A stretch of 64,000 nt of DNA from a virus (IMGVR_UViG_3300050159_000048), one strand, 5' to 3'. Numbered from the stretch's first letter, positions 28,474 to 38,098 are shown. Translations and numbers: made by a program. Notes: generated by a model not told the origin, from the sequence alone.

Positions 28474-28776
28474 ATGTGGTTCACTATCATCGTCATTTTC
28501 TTCGCTGCAGTTGGACTGGTTGTTCTAACACGGGTGCGCCTAATAGGTGCTCTCATTTGGACGGTGGGCTGGTGGTTCGTCATGTTCGGTATCAGCGTAT
28601 GGGCGATTGGTGATGTCAGCCACCCGTACGTCTTGTCGGGAATCATCGCTACCATTGTGGCGGGTTTCGTTGGCGGAGATATCACCGGCCGAATGCTGAA
28701 CCGAGAAGCTGATGGTTGGGCTCAGGTCCAAGAAAACAACAAACAGCGTGCTGCTGATCTTGCAAGGAAAATGTAA
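28474..28776 (+). CDS. membrane protein (3 TM)
   Basis: hydrophobicity, GGAG SD. Confidence 0.75.
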   Translation: MWFTIIVIFFAAVGLVVLTRVRLIGALIWTVGWWFVMFGISVWAIGDVSHPYVLSGIIATIVAGFVGGDITGRMLNREADGWAQVQENNKQRAADLARKM

Positions 28777-29081
28777 TGAATCGACTCCCAGCTCAGGGCG
28801 ATGTGATCAACATCGGTCGTAAAGAACTACTGGTGATCCACGCCACTCGCAAGAATGTGGATGCGGATGGATCGGTGTATGTTATCGATACAGTGCCTCA
28901 TGTTGAGCATCCGTCTGGAACCGGAACTGTGGTGGCAACTCCCGTGCAGTACTATTTCAGTCCGTATCTGTTCAGCCCCGACGAAAAGTTTGCACCAAAC
29001 CTAAAGGACGTGCGCCTATCCGGAACGGTGAAGTTCAAACAGAAAGTCGCCATTGAAGTTACCAAGTTCAAGGAAGCATGA
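28776..29081 (+). CDS. hypothetical protein
   Basis: TAATG coupling. Confidence 0.75.
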   Translation: MNRLPAQGDVINIGRKELLVIHATRKNVDADGSVYVIDTVPHVEHPSGTGTVVATPVQYYFSPYLFSPDEKFAPNLKDVRLSGTVKFKQKVAIEVTKFKEA

Positions 29082-29514
29082 CGTGACTAATCAAACAATC
29101 AATGACATTGTGTCCAAGTGTGCAAGGGCTACCAATAGCCGAATGACACATGACGGTGACCGGATTGATGAGTGGGGTGATACTATCCATCGAATCTGGG
29201 TGCATTTTTCAGACATGAACGACAACTACAACCACATCGATAAGTGGTTGAGGCAGAATCTGCAAGGTTATGTGCACACATACAGTGGCACTAATTTCAT
29301 CCTACTTCGTAGGTCCGTTGAAGAAACTCCTCCAGATTTTGCGGATACGGAAATCATGTGGCCTGAGATCGATGACTGGATTGAGTTGCCGTGAATACGG
29401 TGGTCAAGATTATAGCACTGTATCCCCTCTTGTTACAAAGGCGGTTGCGGGGTTGTATGTTGATTTCGAATAACTACGTCGTATAATATCCGCTTTACGG
29501 CTAGGAGTTGAAGT

Positions 29515-30066
29515 ATGGCACAAACGGTCCACCAAGGATTGCGTTCGTTGTATCCTGAGATTAAAAAGCGCCGCATGAGCTCGGGTGCGTTTTCTGAAGT
29601 GTTTCACGACCCTAACCACAATGATCGGGTGATCAAGGTAACTAACGATCCTGCGTACATGAAGTACATTCGTTGGTGTCAGAAACAAGTCGATAATCCG
29701 TTTGTGCCGAAGGTGTATGACGTTAAGCGTATCTACGTTAATTGGGCTGGAGAAGATCGCTGGGTTCATGTGATCAGCCTCGAAAAGCTCCGCCATATTC
29801 CGTCAAATCGCGTGCATAAGTTGTGTCCTACCCTACACAAAAATGGAGCAGAAAACCTATACACAGCGGAATATACGCATCCTGATGCGTTGTTTTTCAA
29901 GGATTGGAAGCGCCTGGCAAAGACGACCAAGGACCCCCATTTGAAAAAATTGCTGAAGTATATTACAGTTGTAAATGCTGAGATTGACCTTCACGAAGGC
30001 AACATCATGATTCGACCATCCACAAAACAATACGTGTTTACGGATCCCCTCGTTACCGATCTATAA
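29515..30066 (+). CDS. protein kinase, T7 gp0.7 kinase-domain-like
   Basis: SGAFSEVF (P-loop), RVIKV (Lys), PFVPKVYDVKR, DLHEGNIM (catalytic loop), FTDP; early promoter TTGATT-16-TATAAT. Confidence 0.8.
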   Translation: MAQTVHQGLRSLYPEIKKRRMSSGAFSEVFHDPNHNDRVIKVTNDPAYMKYIRWCQKQVDNPFVPKVYDVKRIYVNWAGEDRWVHVISLEKLRHIPSNRVHKLCPTLHKNGAENLYTAEYTHPDALFFKDWKRLAKTTKDPHLKKLLKYITVVNAEIDLHEGNIMIRPSTKQYVFTDPLVTDL

Positions 30067-30074
30067 GGACCATT

Positions 30075-30590
30075 ATGACCGACGGCATTAACCTGACCCC
30101 CAGCGATTCCAAGCCGTTGTACGTTCCGAATTTGGAGCGTTACAGCAAGGACCCACAACACCCGGCCGTGGTTCGTGCTCTTGCGTATGACCGACTAACT
30201 GACCCGCACGGCTATCTCAGGGTTGGTGACTGGATTCGTAGTCTGAACGCCGCTGATCTGTACCTACTTGGTCGCTTGGCGGAAATCGCTGCAAGCGAGG
30301 GGGAGGCTACGGCCACATATACCTACATCGGACTCACTGTGATTCTGTCGTCTGGTGAGGGTATTGTGTTCGACAATGACGACCAGATTCAACAAGGTGT
30401 TCAACTGCTGATGTTGATTGTCACAATGGAAGCGCTAGCGCGCAAGGGCTTGATTGAGGTGTCGTATGACAACCTCTCCCTCGACCCCAGCGCTGATGCT
30501 GACTGGGCTAAGGTGGTTGATCATCACGGTCTTGAAAATCTTCGCGACCAATACCGCAAGGAAACTGGAAATGATCTTCCGGGGGAGTAA
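30075..30590 (+). CDS. hypothetical protein
   Basis: AAGGA SD. Confidence 0.8.
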   Translation: MTDGINLTPSDSKPLYVPNLERYSKDPQHPAVVRALAYDRLTDPHGYLRVGDWIRSLNAADLYLLGRLAEIAASEGEATATYTYIGLTVILSSGEGIVFDNDDQIQQGVQLLMLIVTMEALARKGLIEVSYDNLSLDPSADADWAKVVDHHGLENLRDQYRKETGNDLPGE

Positions 30591-30936
30591 ATACCCACAT
30601 GAAGAAACATGACATCTGTCCAACCCTCATCGTATCTGCTGTGACCGCAATCTCAGCAATTGCTGCATACATTGTGGCAACTATTCCAAAGTAATAGGTG
30701 CCGCGTTGTCAACCGCTTGGGGTGATTGTATAATCAATCACCCCTTTTTATTGGAGATTTGAAATGCTAAATCGTCTTTCTGGCCGTTCATTGGTCCTTC
30801 GTGTTGGTCTCGGCACCGGCTTCATCGCAGGTGGTCTCACTAGCCTCCTCACTGGATGGAATGGTGTGGCTTTAGTTGTCGCTGCGGTGACGGGCGTTGC
30901 GGCTGCCGCGTACGCTAATAAGGAATTCAACAAATA

Positions 30937-31164
30937 ATGTATGCTGTATACTGGTTGGAAAATAACCAACCTCAACACCAAGTGTTTGATACTGTCCAAA
31001 TCACCGAAACATTGAAGTTCACGGAAATGCTCCGTCTGCGCCAACGCAACGGTGAAGCGGTGGCATTTGTGACTTTTTGCTCGGAGAATCCGAACAGCGT
31101 TGGTTTGGCTGGTGTCAGTGACAAACTACCTGAAGGTTACGACTGGAAGAAGCGCAGGATCTGA
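30937..31164 (+). CDS. hypothetical protein
   Basis: ORF track. Confidence 0.7.
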   Translation: MYAVYWLENNQPQHQVFDTVQITETLKFTEMLRLRQRNGEAVAFVTFCSENPNSVGLAGVSDKLPEGYDWKKRRI

Positions 31165-31173
31165 CCGCACTGA

Positions 31174-31404
31174 ATGACCAAACCATCAGTTGATTTCTAC
31201 CTACAGCTTTTTGCCAGCATCACAACTTTGATTGGTGTGGCCTACGGAACAACCAATACTGAAGGTATCCTAATCTATCTGTGCTCGCAGGTAAGTTGGT
31301 GGATAATCATGTGGCGAGGTAAGCTGTGGGGACTATTACCGTTGAATGCCGCAATGGTTGGCGTGCTTTTCTATAATCTTTGGAAAGCGTTGTCTTTGAC
31401 GTAA
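31174..31404 (+). CDS. small 3-TM membrane protein (PnuC/SemiSWEET-like size)
   Basis: three hydrophobic helices. Confidence 0.6.
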   Translation: MTKPSVDFYLQLFASITTLIGVAYGTTNTEGILIYLCSQVSWWIIMWRGKLWGLLPLNAAMVGVLFYNLWKALSLT

Positions 31405-31620
31405 CGTCGCGCGTATACTACGCGCATCTTATTTTCGGAGAGTGTGATGCAAGTCTATCGTTCCGTTGTGCAGCAAGCTCTGCACACAGCAATCAAAGAA
31501 ACTGAGCAGCAGGAAAAGCAGGCTGGATACACCAGCCCGTCGGGATACCTGCACGTCATCAAAGAACTCGCCGCTGCTCTGCAGCGCGGTGAATCGATCA
31601 CATTCCATCCGGAGACCTAA

Positions 31621-32238
31621 ATGACCGACTACGAAAAGAAGCGCATTTCCCTGAGGTACTTCCTGCTTGGTGCTGGGTACTACAAAGCAGCTGATGCCAT
31701 GGAGTATGCAGGCAGCGTGCACACGGGATTCCGCAAGGATGGTATCACGCCTGAATTTGCTCACCAGATTGAAATTGCGCACTACATGCGCACACTCCTA
31801 CCGTCGTTGATGTATCCGGAGGACACTCTGGCTGCAATTCTTCTGCACGACACCACCGAAGACTACAACATCCCTCACGCCTTGATCGCTGATCGGTTTG
31901 GTGAGCGTGTTGGTCAAGCAGTGTACTTGCTGGACAAGAACGGTAAGACGCCGGAAGCATACTACTCCGGTAATGCACGCGATCCGATTGCCTCTGTGGC
32001 CAAAGGTGGTGACCGCATCCACAACGTGCAGACGATGGTGAACGTGTTCACCATCGAAAAGCAGCACCGGTATTTGAGGGAAATCGACGATCACTTCCTG
32101 CCAATGCTGAAGGCGGCTCGACGGCTATTCCCTCAGCAGGAAGCTGCGTACGAGAACATCAAACACGTGCTCACCACGCAAACGGAACTGATTGAACTGA
32201 TTCATGTAGCTCAAGGGACATCACGACATGAAAGCTGA
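31621..32238 (+). CDS. HD-domain phosphohydrolase, RelA/SpoT hydrolase (Mesh1/SAH)-like
   Basis: H.G.RKDG.TPEFAH, AAILLHDTTED, AKGGDRIHN. Confidence 0.88.
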   Translation: MTDYEKKRISLRYFLLGAGYYKAADAMEYAGSVHTGFRKDGITPEFAHQIEIAHYMRTLLPSLMYPEDTLAAILLHDTTEDYNIPHALIADRFGERVGQAVYLLDKNGKTPEAYYSGNARDPIASVAKGGDRIHNVQTMVNVFTIEKQHRYLREIDDHFLPMLKAARRLFPQQEAAYENIKHVLTTQTELIELIHVAQGTSRHES

Positions 32239-32734
32239 TGCAAAGGAATTGTGGATTGATATGGTGCGCGAAAACTGGCCGGGCATCTCTAATGAAGATG
32301 CAGATCTGGTTCTGTGGAACGCAACGTGCTTTCCGTTTGGACGGCCTGATCGGGTAGCTAAGGACCTGCGCGAAATGTATGCTCGCAGCAACGGGAACCC
32401 CATGCTTGCAGTAGCCATGGCCGAGGCTGACATTGAGGCTGAGATGAAGAAGTATCGAGAGGACAAGAAAAATGCTAGTTGAACGCGTATCCATGGTGTC
32501 CGGTATTCGACACACTCGAGAAATTGACGTCACTCAAGAACAACTTGATCGCTGTCGCGCTGGTGAGCTGATCCAGCGTGTGTGTGGACATTTGTCTGCG
32601 GATGACCGGGAATTTCTTATCTCCGGTATTACACCGGAGGAATGGGAACAACTAGCCCCAGACGAGGACGAGTAGTGTGCTCATTTAGCAGCGACATCAA
32701 TAAATAAACCAACCAATTTACGAAAAGGTATTGT

Positions 32735-33217
32735 ATGAAGCTGCTCCAAGAATTGCTGATCGAAAGCAAACACGACAAAAAAGTGAAGGGCGAAGGTCCT
32801 AAGCCTCGCAACCAACAACTTCACCAAACACTCAGTGGTCGTAAAGGTGGCCGGATGAAGTCCGCCAAAGACTACGACCGACGCGCTGGGAAGCGTGATA
32901 TGAAGCGTGCGATGAATGAGCAGAGCGGCGAATCATATGGTGATCTTGAAAACCGCTACGAAGCCGCTCGTATTCGAGACCTTGAACTACAGACTAAGAT
33001 TGGTTCTATCCTGATCAAGGCATACCAAAACGGCGGCGACAAGGAAACCATTGGCCAAATGGGAGACCGCGCTGCAAAGATGCTTGGGATGGACGGTAAT
33101 GACCCAACGTTCCGACAAGCTTGGATGTCTGTCATTGGAGACACCGACTTCGACGAACTCGAAGCTGATGCTGATTACACGGATCAGCAGATGCGACGTG
33201 GTGAAATGGGCATGTAA
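32735..33217 (+). CDS. putative internal head protein (late, CTS-like N-terminus)
   Basis: TAAATA at 32701; MKLLQELLIE; basic N-half, acidic C-half. Confidence 0.7.
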   Translation: MKLLQELLIESKHDKKVKGEGPKPRNQQLHQTLSGRKGGRMKSAKDYDRRAGKRDMKRAMNEQSGESYGDLENRYEAARIRDLELQTKIGSILIKAYQNGGDKETIGQMGDRAAKMLGMDGNDPTFRQAWMSVIGDTDFDELEADADYTDQQMRRGEMGM

Positions 33218-33277
33218 TCGCCGTTGACGAATCATAGGGTAAGCGCATAGAATACTCCTACACTTCAAGGAGAACTT

Positions 33278-33760
33278 ATGCGATTCTACTCTTTTACCAA
33301 CTGGATGCTCCGACCGATTCAACAAGGTATTCAACCCGGCCACGCTGCGGTGGATATGCTGGTCAAGTATCCCGATGACAACTCCTCTTCCCAAGCCGCT
33401 GTTGCCTGGGAATGGGCTCGAGATCACAAGACATTCATCTGCTTGAACGGTGGCAATGCTGCCAATCTGGCAGAGGTGTACACCACTTTGCAACGCGTTG
33501 GTGATGCGCTCGGTCTGCCGGTTGTTGCATTCCATGAGGACGAAGAGTCACTGTGTGGCGTGATGACTTCTTGTGGCATTGTGGTCACGGAAGACTGGTA
33601 TGCGCTGGCTGGCGAAGTTCGCGCCCGCAACTTCCGTCTCGATCGTCCTGAAAACGGTGAGCCAGTTCTGGTTTGTCTTGCAGACATGTCCATCACACCG
33701 ATTACCACAGAAGGTGCCGACCTGATTGACGTGCTCAATTCCTGCAGCTTGGCTCAGTAA
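33278..33760 (+). CDS. peptidyl-tRNA hydrolase PTH2-like protein
   Basis: QQGIQPGHA, KTFICLNGG, LPVVAFHED..L.G..T motifs. Confidence 0.65.
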   Translation: MRFYSFTNWMLRPIQQGIQPGHAAVDMLVKYPDDNSSSQAAVAWEWARDHKTFICLNGGNAANLAEVYTTLQRVGDALGLPVVAFHEDEESLCGVMTSCGIVVTEDWYALAGEVRARNFRLDRPENGEPVLVCLADMSITPITTEGADLIDVLNSCSLAQ

Positions 33761-34045
33761 TCATGTTTCCCAACTTAAATGATCTGGTCAACATGCTGAC
33801 CACACCGCCTGACCCCGAACACATTAAGCGTCGACAGCGTCTAGAAAATGCTATCATGTGGACAGTGGTAGTGGTGTTCGTATCCACCTTGGTCGGCATG
33901 GGTTGGGCCCTTGATACGCCAACCCTCGTTGGAGTATTGGCGCCATCAGCCTTCATTTGTCTCACGGGTGGTGTGGTAGTGGTGGCAGGCATGGCCGCAC
34001 TCTTGGTGGGTGTGGCTCTAGCCTACATATTGGGAGTCTAACGAT

Positions 34046-34388
34046 TATGGCAAGGGGCGAATTTAAGGACGCCAAGAAAGCGTGTGGACTAATTACTCCT
34101 CGACCCAGGCGGTGGGCTGAGCGGTATGGGTTGGATCTCAACCCATCCAACCCATACCGGGCACATCGACACGACTATGAAGTTAGTGACTGGGATGAAG
34201 CGTACGCAATTCTAGTGGATAACCAATGCCTACCAGACATGAACTGTGACTTCGACGACGAAGAATCCGAAGAGGTTGCACAGATTCAATACGATGAAGC
34301 GTATGCCCACTTTCAAAACCACGATTACGTTGAGTGTAACATCTACAACTCACTGTCAAGCGTGTTGGTGTACCTCTCCGAGGACTAA
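34046..34388 (+). CDS. hypothetical acidic protein
   Basis: GGAG SD; part of ORF 33957-34388. Confidence 0.6.
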
Positions 34389-34389
34389 C

Positions 34390-35019
34390 TCAAAGATACC
34401 GCTGCAATTCCGCGTTTACCTTTGGTGCGTAGCGCGGATTTCCTTTTTTGGGGTTCTCCTGTGACTTCAAGTGGTTACCCGGACCAACATTGTACGCATG
34501 CAGTGCAGCATCAATGCTACCAAATCGCTTATAATACTGTTTGAGCATTGACGCTCCGTGCTTAATCTGTCCATCGATTGTTGCGAGTTGCGCTGCTCCG
34601 ATGCCAGAAGCCTCTGGTCGAATCTGCGTGAGTCCTATGGCTGGATCAGACGCCAATTGAGACTTGGCTTTTGGGTTGAATCCACTCTCAACGCCAACAA
34701 CAGCTAAGATGTGTTCTGCGCGAGGGAACACTGGATCCTGATACTTGATGGCAGCTTTCACCGCCTGACGCACGATCTTGGGGCTAACTTTGTATTTCTG
34801 TGACGCAATAGAGATCATCTGTTGAGCCGTAAGACGAGGGTTTGCACCTTTGTGCTGCTGAACTTGCGCAATTGGTGATGGAGGCTGTACTGGGTCGTTG
34901 CTGGTGTTGGATGACGGCGATAATGCACCGACGACCATAGCAGCAGCCGCAATCGCTTGCTTAATAATACCCTCGTCGAGCTGTTCAGCTGTTGGATCTA
35001 AAACCTCATATAATTTCAT
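34390..35019 (-). CDS. lytic transglycosylase (SLT domain), probably virion-associated
   Basis: VESGFNPKAKS, AIGLTQI, AYNVGPG; TAAATA late motif at 35050; MKLYE...LDE leader. Confidence 0.9.
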   Translation of the reverse strand: MKLYEVLDPTAEQLDEGIIKQAIAAAAMVVGALSPSSNTSNDPVQPPSPIAQVQQHKGANPRLTAQQMISIASQKYKVSPKIVRQAVKAAIKYQDPVFPRAEHILAVVGVESGFNPKAKSQLASDPAIGLTQIRPEASGIGAAQLATIDGQIKHGASMLKQYYKRFGSIDAALHAYNVGPGNHLKSQENPKKGNPRYAPKVNAELQRYL

Positions 35020-35084
35020 CGTTGCAACCAATCGTAAATTCGTGTATCCTATTTATCTAAACCTATACCCTAGGACATAAGATT

Positions 35085-35705
35085 ATGCACAATTCCGATA
35101 ACACTGTCAACGTCGATCTGACGGATGAAGAGTGGCATTCAATCGTTGAAGTCTACATTCAGCGACGCTGGTATCCGGCAACCGCTGAACTGATGGAGGA
35201 ACGGCTAGATGCTGGGGACAGTATTGAAGACATCGTGTATGATCTCATCCGCAATGATGCGGCAAACTACGCAATTGAACAAGCCTTGAATTTGGAGAAG
35301 CAAATGTCACACATCCCCAACAAAAAAGCAATGATCTGGGTTACTTTCCAAAAGGAAGGCATCCACATGTACCCAGCTGCTGCAACTGATCCGGCCCTTG
35401 CAACGGGTGGTTGGGACGATGTCAGCTTCCTGGGTGTCCCTCACCGCCACATCTTCCACTTCCGTGTTGCGATTGCAGTGCGGCACGATGACCGTGATAT
35501 TGAGTTCATTCAGTTCAAGCGCTGGTTGGAGCGTCTGTACTCCGAAGGTACGCTGGAGTTGAACCACAAGTCGTGTGAGATGATTTCTGACGACCTGTAC
35601 CTCCAAATTAGCGCCAAATATCCGAACCGTAAGGTCGTGATTGAAGTGTCTGAGGACGGTGAAAACGGTTCCGTGACTGAATACCAACCTGAATTTGAGT
35701 ACTGA
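35085..35705 (+). CDS. QueD/6-pyruvoyl-tetrahydropterin synthase-like protein (internal SD+ATG at 35304)
   Basis: EGIH.YP, HRHIFHFRV, DRDIEFI, SCEMI motifs of the phage QueD-like T-fold family. Confidence 0.65.
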   Translation: MHNSDNTVNVDLTDEEWHSIVEVYIQRRWYPATAELMEERLDAGDSIEDIVYDLIRNDAANYAIEQALNLEKQMSHIPNKKAMIWVTFQKEGIHMYPAAATDPALATGGWDDVSFLGVPHRHIFHFRVAIAVRHDDRDIEFIQFKRWLERLYSEGTLELNHKSCEMISDDLYLQISAKYPNRKVVIEVSEDGENGSVTEYQPEFEY

Positions 35706-36207
35706 CATGATCAATTACATCAAACACGACGTCACTGACACGCTGACTGGTGTAGTTGCACACGGCTGCAACTGCCAAGGCGTGATGGGAAGTGGAGTGG
35801 CGTGGGCCATCCGAAATAAATGGCCAGTGGCATACCAGCGCTATGCCGACTTCGTTTCTTCGTTCCGTCGAGGCGGTGGGATCACAGGCGATTTGCTCGG
35901 CACATGCCAAATGGTCAATGTTGCGGACGCAGGTACGAATCTGATCTTCGGAATCAATAGCCTGTTTATCGCTAACTTGTTCACCCAAGACTTCTATGGC
36001 AAAGACGGCAAGGCATATGCAAAGGCTGACGCGATTGCACAAGCTCTAGACGGTGCAGCTTCGTTTGCCAAAGGTGCTGATCTCCCACTCTACATTCCTC
36101 GAATTGGGTGCGGGCTGGGTGGACTTTCGTGGGAAAAAGACGTGCTTCCTATCGTAGAGCAAATCGACAACACATATGGCATTGTGATCAACGTATGCGA
36201 TCTCTGA
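35695..36207 (+). CDS. macrodomain ADP-ribose hydrolase (Poa1p/DarG-like)
   Basis: AHGCNCQGVMGSGVA, ANLFTQ, PRIGCGLGGLSW. Confidence 0.92.
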   Translation: MSTDMINYIKHDVTDTLTGVVAHGCNCQGVMGSGVAWAIRNKWPVAYQRYADFVSSFRRGGGITGDLLGTCQMVNVADAGTNLIFGINSLFIANLFTQDFYGKDGKAYAKADAIAQALDGAASFAKGADLPLYIPRIGCGLGGLSWEKDVLPIVEQIDNTYGIVINVCDL

Positions 36208-36812
36208 ACCTTGCAACCCCACTGCAGTTGTTCACTGAGCATGACCGTGCTCAGATTCTCGACCACCTGTTGCGGCTGTCTGTGACGGACCGGTATCTGC
36301 GATTCTGCTCACCCCTGAGCGATGATGCGATTCGTGCGTACGTTAATAGGCTGGATCTTACCGGCAAAGATCACGTATTTGCCATTCGTGATGACCAGCT
36401 AAAAATCGTCGCCCTCTTGCACGCTGCCCCAAGCTCTGAGGATAGTGTTGAGTTTGCACTATCCGTTGACGAAGACAAGCGTAAGGAAGGACTGGGCGAT
36501 AAGTTGTTTGAGCGTGGACTGCAGTGGTGTGAAACACACGGCGTGAAGCGCATTTACATGCAATGCCTAGCCACAAACAACGCTATTAAGGCGATGGCTC
36601 GCAAGCGCGACATGAAGATCACCACTGATTATGGGGAAAGCGTTGCCGAACTTGCTGGAGTAGAGGATCATAACGTTCTTTCCGCTTGGCTTGCTGCAGC
36701 TCGCAGCGACGCAATCGGCCTGTTTGACCTACGGTGTAAGTTCGTTCGGCACCAGTGGGAAGAATATGTTGATCATATTGCGGGAGTGTTGAAGGGTAAA
36801 ACGACCCGTTGA
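36195..36812 (+). CDS. GNAT-family acetyltransferase
   Basis: DRYLRF, EFALSV...RKEGLGDKL acetyl-CoA loop, N.A...MARK. Confidence 0.85.
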   Translation: MRSLNLATPLQLFTEHDRAQILDHLLRLSVTDRYLRFCSPLSDDAIRAYVNRLDLTGKDHVFAIRDDQLKIVALLHAAPSSEDSVEFALSVDEDKRKEGLGDKLFERGLQWCETHGVKRIYMQCLATNNAIKAMARKRDMKITTDYGESVAELAGVEDHNVLSAWLAAARSDAIGLFDLRCKFVRHQWEEYVDHIAGVLKGKTTR

Positions 36813-36857
36813 CATTTCAAATCTTACATGAGATAGTTGACGCAAGATTGATAAATA

Positions 36858-37048
36858 CAGTCTCTGTCCTGCAAATGACAGAGTGGTGGTGCCCGATGAC
36901 TTTAGGAAACTAAGGCCAGCCCCAAAACTTGACGGCACGTAGATGCGTAAACGATCAGGATTCGCCGTCCTTGTCCTGATGTCGGATGAAGCCGTTGGTA
37001 GGCGTAGTAGCCCCAACTAACAAAAGGTGAACACGTAACCGACAACCA
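36858..37048 (+). ncRNA. candidate structured ncRNA upstream of tRNA-Ala
   Basis: no ORF; begins after TAAATA; helices CTCTGTC/GACAGAG, CTTTAG-GAAA-CTAAGG, ATCAGGA/TCCTGAT, GTCGG/CCGAC. Confidence 0.4.
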
Positions 37049-37050
37049 AT

Positions 37051-37121
37051 GGGGGATTGATGTAATGGGAGCCTGGAAGCTTTGCAAGCTTTTCGTGAGA
37101 GTTCGATTCTCTCATCCTCCA
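37051..37121 (+). tRNA. tRNA-Ala(UGC)
   Basis: acceptor GGGGGAT/ATCCTCC with G3.U70, anticodon TGC, GAGAG-TTCGATT-CTCTC T arm; CCA not encoded. Confidence 0.9.
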
Positions 37122-37129
37122 CAAAGTTT

Positions 37130-37512
37130 TACTGTGCGAAAGCACTGGGTTATCCGCGTGTTAGGTATCCTCAGTCAAGCGAGGCCGTACCACTCAAGCG
37201 GGGGTGCAATGGGTAAAGAACCAGCATCACCTAGACGGTGTTCCTTGACTTGACCGTTGGTAAAAGTTTAGACCATTAGCGTGGTTGCTGTTTAATCGCC
37301 AAAGTGGTGTACACATCATTACCGAAGTGTGTACAAATGACGGTTAAGCAGTCAGATTCGGTTCATTGTTCAGTGTTGAGTCTAGTACGTGCTCTTTAAT
37401 CAACACTTAAAGCGATCGCATAGAATGCAGGAATTGTTCACGTAAGACACCCCGTAGACCACTAGCGAAAGTCGTTTAGTCGATGATAACGGTGCAAGCC
37501 CGTAGAAACCCT
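37130..37512 (+). ncRNA. candidate structured ncRNA between tRNA-Ala and tRNA-Pro
   Basis: about 380 nt without a credible ORF; GTGC-GAAA-GCAC, TGTACAC/GTGTACA, GTGTTGA/TCAACAC helices. Confidence 0.4.
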
Positions 37513-37528
37513 ACATAAATAACACAAT

Positions 37529-37606
37529 CGGAGTGTAGCGCAGCCTGGTTAGCGCATCTGCTTTGGGAGCAGAGGGTCGTGAGTTCGAATCTCACCACTC
37601 CGACCA
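37529..37606 (+). tRNA. tRNA-Pro(UGG)
   Basis: canonical CGGAGTGTAGCGCAGCCTGG...TTGG..., encoded CCA; TAAATA at 37516. Confidence 0.97.
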
Positions 37607-37678
37607 CTTATCATACCGTTGACGTATGATAATTTTCGAGCGATAATGAGGATATTGTCAATCAACCATCTCCTCACA

Positions 37679-38098
37679 ATGAAACATCTGCTCACATCTA
37701 TTTGCGCCTTAGCCCTGATCCTCACTGGGTGTAGCAAACAAGATGATCAGCCCTTCCACCCAACTAATCTAACTGAACTGCGCTTCCTAGAGCTTTGCAC
37801 TGGAGTATCCATTGTGTCGCGAGGCTCTCAAGACATCGCCTATGCCAATTGTCTTGGGCGCGTTCGTGGCTTCATTGATGGCCATGCAATGACGGTCGTT
37901 GCCAATCCTGATATCGAGCCGCTTTGGTGCGTTAACCAAATGCAGCCGGATATTGAGGTGTACAACGAAATCGTTGACTGGGTTGTCAAGAACCCTGTAA
38001 AATACAAATCCATTGCCGCTGCTGCGCCTCCCGCAACCGCATCAATGATGGTTGCAATTGCCGCAGCACACGAACGATTTCCGTGTAAGGATGAATGA
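37679..38098 (+). CDS. lipoprotein with Rap1a-like immunity domain
   Basis: lipobox LTGC; C.G.VRGFIDG...WC...V.WV.KNP...A...FPC. Confidence 0.7.
   Translation: MKHLLTSICALALILTGCSKQDDQPFHPTNLTELRFLELCTGVSIVSRGSQDIAYANCLGRVRGFIDGHAMTVVANPDIEPLWCVNQMQPDIEVYNEIVDWVVKNPVKYKSIAAAAPPATASMMVAIAAAHERFPCKDE

Noticed and set aside
37199-37225. GGGGGTGCAATGG resembling a tmRNA 5' end (SmpB is present)
   Set aside because: No following TTCGAC, no 3' T arm with CACCTCCACCA acceptor, and no tag frame ending in ALAA-like residues.
37484-37505. CGGTGCAAGCCCG resembling the twister ribozyme L4 motif
   Set aside because: Loop one nucleotide short and no matching upstream AATGC pseudoknot strand; fits a T-loop-like hairpin better.
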